Of a stretch of 49,171 nucleotides of DNA, positions 39,766 to 48,078 are shown piece after piece. Each line of letters starts with the position of its first letter. Positions within the stretch are counted from its first letter, which is position 1. The position numbers and the translations under genes were made by a program. The notes below the pieces were generated by a model. That model made no database searches. It had not been told where the DNA came from and saw nothing but the letters and a program-made list of their open reading frames with translations. This DNA is from an uncultured Candidatus Kuenenia sp. GTDB taxonomy: Bacteria; Planctomycetota; Planctomycetia; Pirellulales; UBA1268. The DNA lies in contig CAZODJ010000002.1 in NCBI GenBank assembly GCA_964578555.1, positions 5,947 to 55,117 of the forward strand, read 5' to 3'.

Positions 39766-41163
39766 TCACTGCCGCAGGGCGGCCCGGCTTTCCACGATGA
39801 CGGCCGGCACTACGACGAGTAGTCCGAAGAGGGCCTGCGCCGCCGGCACGGCGGCCGGTCCGACGCTGCGGGCCAGCGGTTCGTAGGCGAAGGTCAGCGC
39901 GATCTGGAACACGGCCACGGTCGTGGCCAGCCGGAACCTCCGGTAGGCATTGAGCAGCATCGCCCCCGGCTGCACCACGGCTGAGACGCCCGCTGCGACG
40001 GCGATCGCGGCCATTTCGACCGCGGTGGGCACTGCGTCGGGCCGCCCCACCCAGAGTGCGGCCACCCCTCGCCCGCAGATAATGCCAATCACCGTGACCA
40101 CACCGCAGTACACGGCCCCGACGAATGAGACCCGCCACGCTTGACGGGCCACCCAATCCCGATCTCCCCTGGCACGCGCTTCGGCAAAAGCCGGCCACAG
40201 GGGGCCGACGGCAAACATCAGCGGCTGAAGGAACAGGGCCATCATCCGCTGGCCCACGGCGTAGCGGGTCACGGCCGGCGAACCATGCGCCGCGAGAATG
40301 GCCAGGTATGGCGCATTGACAACCAGGATGCTGGCCACGATCGGCAGCATGAAGGGGAGGCCGTCGTGGACGAGTCGCGCGAGGGGCACGGCACGATCCC
40401 CCACGCAGCTTCGGTAGGGGAGCGACCGCCAGAGGACGAACCAGGTCAGGACTCCGGCCACGAGTGGAGTCAGGCCCAGCAGCGCGACCACGTGCCAGCG
40501 TTGCGAGACGACCCCAGTCAAGGCCACGATCGCGCCGAGCCCCAGCACCGCAGCCACCATCCGGCAGGCATTCACCAGCCAGGTGAGCTGCATCCCCTCG
40601 GCGCAGTGGGCGGCTGCCGCCAGCGGAAGCCCCACGACCACGAGCACCACCATCAGCCACCGCGTGGCGGCATCTCTCCCGAGCATCGGCAGGATCGAGT
40701 CACTTCCGGGGAGGATGGCCAACGCGTCGGGAGCAAAGACGATGACCCCACCGACCACGACAGCAATCAATGCCGACCAGGACGCTGCCTTGACGAGCAA
40801 ATCCTTGACGGGCCAATCGTTGACGGGCAAATCCTTGTTCAGCCCATGATTCGAGGCCACTGCCTCGCGGCGACCGACGAGATCGGCCGCCGCATTTTTG
40901 ACCGCTGCGCCGAACCCGAAGTCACAGCCGCCGAGCAACCCGAGAAACGCCAGCGTTGCCACCGCGTCGCCGTACAGATCCGTTCCAACCGCCGCAACAA
41001 TCAGGGGCACCTGAACCACCTGCACCGCGAGGTTCACGAACTTCCCGACACACTCGGAGACGACAGCCAGGCCAAGCCGGCGACTCCGTGATCCCACGTT
41101 GCTGAGCCGCCGGACTGCCGGCAGCGATGCGGCTACGGCCTGTTCACTCAGCCAGCCAGCCAT
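39766..41163 (-). CDS. Multi-TM polysaccharide/oligosaccharide flippase-like protein (MOP/Wzx-type)
   Basis: About 12 hydrophobic segments with the general layout of Wzx/MATE-like polysaccharide biosynthesis proteins. The ATG at 41163 is preferred because it reduces overlap with the upstream gene to 16 nt; the ORF track starts at 41205. Confidence 0.55.
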   Translation of the reverse strand: MAGWLSEQAVAASLPAVRRLSNVGSRSRRLGLAVVSECVGKFVNLAVQVVQVPLIVAAVGTDLYGDAVATLAFLGLLGGCDFGFGAAVKNAAADLVGRREAVASNHGLNKDLPVNDWPVKDLLVKAASWSALIAVVVGGVIVFAPDALAILPGSDSILPMLGRDAATRWLMVVLVVVGLPLAAAAHCAEGMQLTWLVNACRMVAAVLGLGAIVALTGVVSQRWHVVALLGLTPLVAGVLTWFVLWRSLPYRSCVGDRAVPLARLVHDGLPFMLPIVASILVVNAPYLAILAAHGSPAVTRYAVGQRMMALFLQPLMFAVGPLWPAFAEARARGDRDWVARQAWRVSFVGAVYCGVVTVIGIICGRGVAALWVGRPDAVPTAVEMAAIAVAAGVSAVVQPGAMLLNAYRRFRLATTVAVFQIALTFAYEPLARSVGPAAVPAAQALFGLLVVVPAVIVESRAALRQ

Positions 41164-42209
41164 GCCAGGAGCCTCTGCTCTGCTGCGTGTCGAATCGTCT
41201 CCCACGGATCGACTGCCGAGATCGTCGTGCCAGGCTCAGGGAGCGCGTCGGGGATGGCATCCACATCGTGGACCCACGTCAGGTGCTGCCAGCCATACAT
41301 GCTGCGGCCGGCCACTCCCGCGACCACCACCGGCACGCCCGCATGCCCGAGTTCGATGATTCGCGTGAGCGCACCGCCTCCCCCGGACTGAAAAATCGTC
41401 ACAGCGCGACACCGGGCCAGAAGCGCGAATAAGTGCTCCGTGGAGATTTCGCCACGGAGGTCTACGCGATCGCCCAGTCGTGCCATCAGGGAGGCCGTGT
41501 TGTATCCAACCACCACGGGCCGCAGGCCAGCCGACTGCAGCACGCCTACCAGCCGCACCGTCGCCTCGGTGTGACGGGCCTGAGCCGTACCCAAAACGAC
41601 GACCTCGTCATCCTGATGGGGAGCACGGGAGACGCGGCTCATCCGCAGCCGCCGCAGCCACTCCATGACGAGCCGCGGGGGCGAGTAGGGCAGGAACCGC
41701 GCGTCGAGCCCCGCGTTGGCGAGCAGCCAGCATTCTTCCAGCGCGATCGTAAACACCGCGTCGTAGCGGGCGAGCACCCGGATCTCAGCGGCGGCACGGG
41801 CCCCACGATCCGGCAGCCGCCATGAACACACCGCCGGCTCGTTGAAGGACTCGATATTTTGAGGAACGGCGATCCGCACCGGGCAGCGTGTCGCGGTGAT
41901 CTGTTCGATGACCGGGTTGTGCGGCATCTCGACGAGGGCCGGGCAACCGTCAGGGAGCGTTGTCTGCAGAGGCCGCGTGCGGGAGACGGCATCGATGAAA
42001 TTGGAGCGGTTCCACGCCCGCGGCCCCGCCCGGAGCAGGGAGGTCAGGCCCCGCGGGTCGAAGCTGGTGGCCGGGACTGTCGTACAGACATCAAACGCCA
42101 CGCCTGCCGACGCGAGGAGTTCGTCGATCTGCTGACTCCGCCGCCAGCCGCCATGACGCAAACCGCCCGCTGCCCATGGCCTGACGACGGTGACTCGCGA
42201 AATGACCAT
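41148..42209 (-). CDS. Hypothetical protein with GT-B glycosyltransferase-like C-terminal half
   Basis: The C-terminal region VVVLGTA...LRGEIS.EHLFALLARCRAVTIFQSGGGGALTRIIELGHAGVPVVV resembles the nucleotide-sugar-binding half of GT-B enzymes. Weak call. Confidence 0.4.
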   Translation of the reverse strand: MVISRVTVVRPWAAGGLRHGGWRRSQQIDELLASAGVAFDVCTTVPATSFDPRGLTSLLRAGPRAWNRSNFIDAVSRTRPLQTTLPDGCPALVEMPHNPVIEQITATRCPVRIAVPQNIESFNEPAVCSWRLPDRGARAAAEIRVLARYDAVFTIALEECWLLANAGLDARFLPYSPPRLVMEWLRRLRMSRVSRAPHQDDEVVVLGTAQARHTEATVRLVGVLQSAGLRPVVVGYNTASLMARLGDRVDLRGEISTEHLFALLARCRAVTIFQSGGGGALTRIIELGHAGVPVVVAGVAGRSMYGWQHLTWVHDVDAIPDALPEPGTTISAVDPWETIRHAAEQRLLAWLAG

Positions 42210-42297
42210 GAGACGGCAGCTTCGACCCGGTAACGGCTGCGTCCCTTGCGGGGAACCCTAGAAAGAGATCCCGGCTCCGGCAAATCACGCTCCCTCG

Positions 42298-43353
42298 TTG
42301 GGAGCGGACGAGACGGAAACTCTGGTACGCTCCGGCATGGCCGCGGATGCCGACATTCACTCGCTCGTCGTCGGCCGGGAGGCGATGGCCTGCCGGTTCG
42401 AGATCGTGTTCAATGCCGGCGAACACCCGCAGGACACCGAGGCGGCCCTCGCCGCGCTCGACCTCGTCGACGAGATTGAAAACCGGATTTCGATCTACCG
42501 CGACTCGAGCGAGTTCTCGCGTCTCAACGCCACGGCAGCGACCGGATGGCAGCCGGTCTCCGCCGCTGGCTTCGCGCTCCTGGAGATGGCGGTGGAATTG
42601 TCTGGCCGTACAGCCGGCGGCTTCGACATCGCTGCCGGCCGGCTCGTGCGGACGTGGGGTTTCCTCGAGCGTCAGGGCCGCTCGCCCACGGCCGCCGACC
42701 TCGCCACAGCCCTCGACGCTTCGGGCTCACGCTGGCTCGAACTCGATCCTGCCGGGCAGCGAATCCGGTTCACGAGGCCGGGCGTCGAACTCAATCCGGG
42801 CGCCATCGGAAAAGGCTGGGCCCTCGACCGCGCCGTCGAGCGGCTCATCGCAGCCGGCATCACCAGTTGCCTGCTGCACGGCGGATCGAGCAGCGTGCGG
42901 GCGGTCGGTCGACAAGGACCGGGGCCACGCGACGATCATCGCGGCTGGCCTGTTGGCATCCGTCATCCTCTTCGCCCCGGTGTGCGACTGGCTACGGTTG
43001 CCCTCGCCGATCGGGCGCTCGGCACGAGCGGTTCCGGCACGCAGTTTTTCATCGACCGTGGCCGCAAGCTCGGCCACATCCTCGACCCGCGCACCGGTCG
43101 GCCTGCCGAGGGTGTGCTCTCGGCCACCGTGTTGGCCCCGACAGCCGCCGAGGCTGACGCGTTGGCCACCGCAGCCTATGTGCTCGGGCCGGCGGGCCTG
43201 CCGGCGATCGCGCCGCCGGGAGGTGGCGTCGGCGTGATCCTCACGGTGCCTGGCGAGCAGTCGGAGATCGATCTGATCTTCGCGAATGTCGCTGAATCGA
43301 CGGTGTCGATCGACGATTTGCGCGGCGTGCGGATAGACTGGAGGCAATCATGA
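42298..43353 (+). CDS. apbE: ApbE-family FAD:protein FMN transferase
   Basis: MACRFEI, DIAAGRLVRTWGF, LNPGAIGKGWALDRA, GTSGSGTQFF, HILDPRTGRPA and AEADALATA motifs. The maximal ORF starts at a TTG at 42298; the ATG at 42337 is the more likely start. There is no signal peptide or lipobox in either case. Confidence 0.85.
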   Translation: MGADETETLVRSGMAADADIHSLVVGREAMACRFEIVFNAGEHPQDTEAALAALDLVDEIENRISIYRDSSEFSRLNATAATGWQPVSAAGFALLEMAVELSGRTAGGFDIAAGRLVRTWGFLERQGRSPTAADLATALDASGSRWLELDPAGQRIRFTRPGVELNPGAIGKGWALDRAVERLIAAGITSCLLHGGSSSVRAVGRQGPGPRDDHRGWPVGIRHPLRPGVRLATVALADRALGTSGSGTQFFIDRGRKLGHILDPRTGRPAEGVLSATVLAPTAAEADALATAAYVLGPAGLPAIAPPGGGVGVILTVPGEQSEIDLIFANVAESTVSIDDLRGVRIDWRQS

Positions 43354-43395
43354 CGTGCCCCCGTTCGCTCCCCTGCTCCCCACGCCTGCGCTGAC

Positions 43396-44106
43396 ATGTT
43401 CGACTGGTTCGAGCGGGGTTCCTACCTCGGCATCATCCTGTTTCTCACGCTCACCGGCATCGGCCTGCCCGTACCGGAGGAGGTGCCGATCGTGGCTGCC
43501 GGGGTGGCCAGCCGGGCCGAGGCACTCAAGTGGTACTACGCCCTGCCATCATGCCTCGTCGGGGCCCTGCTTGGCGACAGCCTGATGTACGCGATCGGCC
43601 GGTTCTTCGGGGAGAAAATCCTCAGAGAGCATCCGTGGTGGTCGGGCTTTCTGACGGAGCAGCGGGAGAAGACGATCGAAAACCTCATCAAGAAGCATGG
43701 CATCAAGGCGTTCTTCGCGGCCCGGTTCCTCGTCGGGCTGCGCAGTCCCTTCTATCTGACGGCCGGGATTTTGCGGGTTCCCTATCGCTGGTTCCTGCTG
43801 GCCGACTTCATCTGCGCGTCGATCGTGATCAGCATCTTCTTCGGGCTGGCCTATCTGTTCGGTGACCGGATCACGGGCCTGATCCAATCGGCCGAGCGGG
43901 GCTTCACGGCCATTGTCATCACCGCCTGCGTGGCGGCCTTGGCGGTCGTGGCATTCTTCTCGTTTCGTCGCCGCCGCATGCGGATGCTCGATCAGGATCC
44001 GGAGGCGCTCCTGGAGAATCGCGAACTGCTCTTCGGCCCGGCAGCCGACCGGATCGCCGAAACGGTGCACCTCGGCGACGACCCCGACCACGGCGAGCGA
44101 AAATAG
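43396..44106 (+). CDS. DedA-family (SNARE-associated/VTT domain) membrane protein
   Basis: LGIILFLTLTGIGLPVPEEVPIVAAG, GDSLMYAIGRFFG and FFAARFLVGLRSPFYLTAG are typical DedA motifs. Confidence 0.85.
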   Translation: MFDWFERGSYLGIILFLTLTGIGLPVPEEVPIVAAGVASRAEALKWYYALPSCLVGALLGDSLMYAIGRFFGEKILREHPWWSGFLTEQREKTIENLIKKHGIKAFFAARFLVGLRSPFYLTAGILRVPYRWFLLADFICASIVISIFFGLAYLFGDRITGLIQSAERGFTAIVITACVAALAVVAFFSFRRRRMRMLDQDPEALLENRELLFGPAADRIAETVHLGDDPDHGERK

Positions 44107-44467
44107 GGGTTGGCCGTTTCCACTCAGCCGCCAGGCGCGAGCCGGCGGGATGAATCGCCAGATAGCGCCACTGCTGGCCCCCGGGCTCGCGCCCGGGGCT
44201 GGGTGGAGTGCAAATCACGCGGCACCCTGCACCGCCCGCCTGGAGGGCGGGCTTCCAAGAGCGACCGGATGGTCGCCAAGCGAGCCGAGGCCAGGATGGC
44301 GAGGCTCGCGTAAAGCAGCCGGCAGTACCGATCGTGGCGATTCTGCCGGCGCATCCGGCTGGGAAAACCCTGCGTGTCGCCGGTTGGCGACGCCCTGTCG
44401 ACCGATTGCGACCTAGAAACATCTTGTGACCCGGGATGTTCATCTCGGGAAATCCCAGGAGCGTCTC

Positions 44468-45853
44468 ATGGCAGCCACGGCATCGTGTTTGGCCACGTCG
44501 TCCGCAAAGGCCATGGCCCCAGACTCCCGCCGGCGAATCGTCGTCGTCGATGACGACCGTCGCATGGCTTCTTCGACAGCCCAGTGGCTCTGCGGTCAGG
44601 GCTGGCATGCCACGGCTGCCGGGTCGGCCGACGAGGCGCTGCAGGCGATCGGCCGCGGTCGCATCGACGCCTGCCTGGTCGATGCCTGCCTGCCTGCTGG
44701 CGGGTGTCTGCGGGTGGCGTCCGTGCTCCGCACTGCGTGGCCGGAGGCGGCGGTGTTGGTCGCCGTTCCGTCCGGTCAGGCTGCGGCGGCCCCAAGCCTG
44801 TCGTCGATTGTGGCTTCGGCCGATGGCTCGGTGACCATACCGGTCCGAGACGACGATCTCGCTGCCGCCATCGCCGCCGCCATCGAGGCGGCCCGCACGC
44901 GGACACACGCGCCGGCCGTCGCCATTCTCGGCGACGATCCCGCGATGCGCGAGGTCCTCGAACTCGCCGACCGGGTGGCGGCGACGCCGGCGACCGTGCT
45001 CATCACCGGCGAGAGTGGCACGGGCAAGTCGCTCCTGGCTCGGCATGTTCATGCCGTCAGCCGGCGGACCGGTCGGTTCGTCGAGGTGGCCTGCGGCAGC
45101 CTGGCCGAGTCGCTCCTCGAGAGCGAACTCTTCGGTCATGTCGCAGGGGCTTTCACAGGCGCCGTGACGGCCCGCGACGGCATGTTTCTTCGTGCCGATC
45201 GCGGCACGATCTTCCTCGACGAGATCGCCACCGCCTCTCCCGCGCTGCAGGTCAAACTGTTGCGGGTGCTCCAAGACTTCGAATTCGAGCCGGTCGGTGG
45301 CGGCGATACCCGACGTGTCGACGCCCGTGTCATTCTTGCCACCAACGAACATCTCGACCGGCTCGTGGCCGACGGCCGGTTTCGCGCCGATCTCTACTGG
45401 CGAATCAACGTGGTGGCGATCGAGATGCCGCCGCTCCGGAGCCGACGCGACGACATCCTCCTCTTGGCCCACCACTTTCTGAGCCGGGCAGCCCGCATGG
45501 TTCCTCGCGGCGTGGAGGGCTTCTCGCCCGCGGCAGAGGAGGCATTGCAGAGGCATCGCTGGCCGGGCAACGTCCGGGAACTGCAGCATGCGGTGGAGCG
45601 AGCCGTGCTCTTGGGCCGGGGGCCGCTGGTTGAAGTGGCCGACCTGCCCGCCACGCTCCAGGCTCCGACCACCGCGGCCGCCTCGCTCAAGCAGGCACTG
45701 GCCGATCCAGAGCGGCAGCTCATCATGGAGGCGCTCGAGCGGAATGGCTGGCGGCGAGACGCGGCCGCTCGGGCGCTCGGCATCAACCGCACCTCGCTCT
45801 ACAAGAAGGCCAAGCGGCTCGGTATGAACCTCGCGGGCCTTGGTCTTCAGTAA
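44468..45853 (+). CDS. Sigma-54-dependent response regulator (NtrC family: receiver + AAA+ + Fis-type HTH)
   Basis: Receiver domain (IVVVDDD...ACLVDACLP). AAA+ domain with [27 protein letters not shown] (GAFTGA loop), TIFLDEI and [12 protein letters not shown]-terminal [23 protein letters not shown]. The ATG at 44468 follows AGGAG. Confidence 0.9.
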   Translation: MAATASCLATSSAKAMAPDSRRRIVVVDDDRRMASSTAQWLCGQGWHATAAGSADEALQAIGRGRIDACLVDACLPAGGCLRVASVLRTAWPEAAVLVAVPSGQAAAAPSLSSIVASADGSVTIPVRDDDLAAAIAAAIEAARTRTHAPAVAILGDDPAMREVLELADRVAATPATVLITGESGTGKSLLARHVHAVSRRTGRFVEVACGSLAESLLESELFGHVAGAFTGAVTARDGMFLRADRGTIFLDEIATASPALQVKLLRVLQDFEFEPVGGGDTRRVDARVILATNEHLDRLVADGRFRADLYWRINVVAIEMPPLRSRRDDILLLAHHFLSRAARMVPRGVEGFSPAAEEALQRHRWPGNVRELQHAVERAVLLGRGPLVEVADLPATLQAPTTAAASLKQALADPERQLIMEALERNGWRRDAAARALGINRTSLYKKAKRLGMNLAGLGLQ

Positions 45854-45956
45854 GAAAACCGGCCCTCCGGGCACAGGCTGTTCCCCTCCTTCAAAAACCG
45901 GCCGCCGGCGGTCATACTGTCGGGCCCTCAACATTTCATGAAGGAGCCTGCCTCGC

Positions 45957-46895
45957 ATGTTTCGCAATCTCAGCATCTACGGCCTTCCGCTCTCGGGCCG
46001 CCCGAGTGAACTGATCGAACTGGCCCTGTCGTTCGGTTTCGAGGCGCTTGATCTCGACATCCTCGACTTCCAGCGGCAGGCCGAGGCGTTTGGTGCCGAT
46101 CATGCCCGCCGCCTCATGGTGAGCGCGCGGCTGAAGCCGGGCAGCTTCCGGCTGCCGGTCAATCTGGCCGCCGACGAGGCAACCTTCGCCGCCGACATGA
46201 AGCAGTTGCCGGCCCGCCTCGATGTCGCCCAGGCGGCCGAGGCCAGCCGGGCGGTGACGACTGTCGAGTCCGCCTCCGACGACCACGGCTTCAAGGACTT
46301 CTTCGAGCTGTATCGCACCCGGCTCGACATGGTCGGCGAGCAACTCGCTTCTCGCGGCATCCAGCTTGGGCTGGCGATCCGACCGGAGACGGAAGCCCGG
46401 GCCGGCAAGACCCATCAGTTCATCACGACGTTTGAAGAACTGCTGGGGCTCGTGACGACCGCTCACAGCCAGGTTGGCGCGGTGGTCGATGCCTGGGCGC
46501 TGCATGTAACCGGTGAACCGCTCGACGTCATCGCGAAGGTGCCCGCCGGACGGATCGTGGAGGTCCGGGTGTCGGATGCTCCGCGTGAGCTGCCGGGACG
46601 CGACCTGACCGTCGAGCAGCGGCTGATGCCCGGCGAGACGGGTGTCATCGACGCGACGGCCGTGGTGAAAGCCGCGCAGGCCGCCGGGTTCGCTGGCCCG
46701 GTCACACCGTGGGCCAATCGGGCCACGCTGGCAGGTCGCGGGAGGGAGAAGACGGTGCGGCTGGCCGGCGATCGGATGGAAGCGCTCTGGCGATCTGCCG
46801 GTCTGCCGATCGCCACGCCCTGGTTCATGCCGGTTGCCAAGGAAGAGCCCGTCTTCGCCGGCGTTGATCTCGACGCCGCTCCCGACGAGGCGTAG
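45957..46895 (+). CDS. Sugar-phosphate isomerase/epimerase-like TIM-barrel protein (xylose isomerase-like fold)
   Basis: The pattern of beta-alpha repeats (ELALSFGFEALDL, GIQLGLAIRPE, VVDAWALHV, IVEVRVSD) is typical of the AP-endonuclease-2/xylose-isomerase-like TIM family. The specific function is unknown. Confidence 0.65.
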   Translation: MFRNLSIYGLPLSGRPSELIELALSFGFEALDLDILDFQRQAEAFGADHARRLMVSARLKPGSFRLPVNLAADEATFAADMKQLPARLDVAQAAEASRAVTTVESASDDHGFKDFFELYRTRLDMVGEQLASRGIQLGLAIRPETEARAGKTHQFITTFEELLGLVTTAHSQVGAVVDAWALHVTGEPLDVIAKVPAGRIVEVRVSDAPRELPGRDLTVEQRLMPGETGVIDATAVVKAAQAAGFAGPVTPWANRATLAGRGREKTVRLAGDRMEALWRSAGLPIATPWFMPVAKEEPVFAGVDLDAAPDEA

Positions 46896-46896
46896 C

Positions 46897-47862
46897 TCAC
46901 CCGGGTTCGCGAATCCATTCGACCTGCGGTGCACCGCCGCCGTTCACGGCCGAGCCGCGAATGAATTCCGACATGTAGCGGAGCGGCTTGCCGGGCCGGT
47001 CGGAGTCGCGGAAGTTGTCGCCCTTCTGCAGGATCGGCAGCTGGTCAGGCATTTCCCCGAAGGCCCGCGTGCCGGCCGCCTGGCAGGGAAACCAGTGGCC
47101 GGTGCCTGCAGCATCTTCGAGATAAAACTCCGGGTAGCAGTGTCCTTCGACCCACACCGTGCGGGCCGGAATGCCCTCCGACCGGCACATCGCGATGAAG
47201 AGGCAGGTGAGTTCCTCGCAGTCACCCCAGCCGTCGGCCAACGCCCGAGCGGCGCCCTTCAGCTCACCATTGCGGTATTCGACGGCTTCGCGGACGGTGT
47301 CGTAGATCTTTTCCACCTTGGCCCAGCCGTCGAGCCCCTCGGTCGTCGTCTGGGCAAGCTGCTTGATCTTGGGATGACGAGACTCGATGTAGGGGCTGGG
47401 CCCGAGAAAGATTCGCAAGTCTCGGTCTGGCTTGGCAGGGATCAGCAGTTCGGACGTGTCTTCCGGCGACAGGATGGCGGCCCGCGTGAGTTCGAACGTG
47501 ACGATCGCCTGGGCCTTTGTGCCCGCCCGAAGGCTGGGGATTTCTACGATCATCTGGGAGACGCCGGTGGGCAGCGTGCGGTAGCGAAGGCTGCGGACAT
47601 CGGGCGACACGTCCTCCTCGACCACCCGCACCTGCTGCTCCGGCCACTCGCCGGGCACGGGCATCGTGGCATAGATGTCGCGCAGGCTTCCGCCGGCGGC
47701 CCCCACGATCATGCCCACACGAAACCGTTGGGGCCGGGCCTCACCAAGCCGTGGGCCGCTGCCGACCGCTCCGGCGTCGACAAACTGTCCGGAGGCCGGC
47801 GTGACCACGACTGCCACCGAGAGTGCCGCCGATACCGCCACGATCATCCGAGCGATCATCAT
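46897..47862 (-). CDS. Secreted transglutaminase-like cysteine peptidase-fold protein
   Basis: Core GWGDCEELTCLFIAMCRSEGIPARTVWVEGHCYPEFY (Cys...His arrangement of the transglutaminase core). Signal peptide MMIARMIVAVSAALSVAVVVTPASG from the Met at 47862; the ORF track starts at 47901. Confidence 0.75.
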   Translation of the reverse strand: MMIARMIVAVSAALSVAVVVTPASGQFVDAGAVGSGPRLGEARPQRFRVGMIVGAAGGSLRDIYATMPVPGEWPEQQVRVVEEDVSPDVRSLRYRTLPTGVSQMIVEIPSLRAGTKAQAIVTFELTRAAILSPEDTSELLIPAKPDRDLRIFLGPSPYIESRHPKIKQLAQTTTEGLDGWAKVEKIYDTVREAVEYRNGELKGAARALADGWGDCEELTCLFIAMCRSEGIPARTVWVEGHCYPEFYLEDAAGTGHWFPCQAAGTRAFGEMPDQLPILQKGDNFRDSDRPGKPLRYMSEFIRGSAVNGGGAPQVEWIREPG

Positions 47863-48078
47863 GTTCGTCCTTTCTGCCCATTCTCCATTCTCATCGACCA
47901 CGGCGCTGCGGGGATCGCGGTGTTCGGGCAGCCCACCCGGTCAGGCAAGCTGGGGCACGCTGGAAAAAACGCTCGATTGTTCGGGCTCCAGGGGCCTGCT
48001 ACACTGCGTGGCTCGGTCCGACGTGGCCCGAACGATCCCTTCCTCTTACCCTCTTTCGCCCGACGAAACCCCCCCTTC

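Noticed and set aside
44110-44354. Small ORFs in the dedA/ntrC spacer (67 aa on +, 76 aa on -)
   Set aside because: There is no ribosome-binding site. The composition is Arg/Pro/Ala-rich, typical of non-coding GC-rich DNA, and the two overlap each other on opposite strands.
45854-45956. Sigma-54 promoter downstream of the sigma-54 activator (GGGCACAGGCTGTTCC)
   Set aside because: The GG and GC elements are not at the required TGGCAC-N5-TTGC spacing. Similar TGGCA-like strings at 1260-1320 and 37430-37450 also fail the consensus.
43919-45976. 685-aa minus-strand ORF spanning the dedA 3' end, the spacer and the whole NtrC-like gene
   Set aside because: The translation is Arg/Pro/Gly-rich nonsense. 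The + strand carries complete receiver, AAA+ (GAFTGA) and HTH motifs, so this is a GC-driven antisense artefact.
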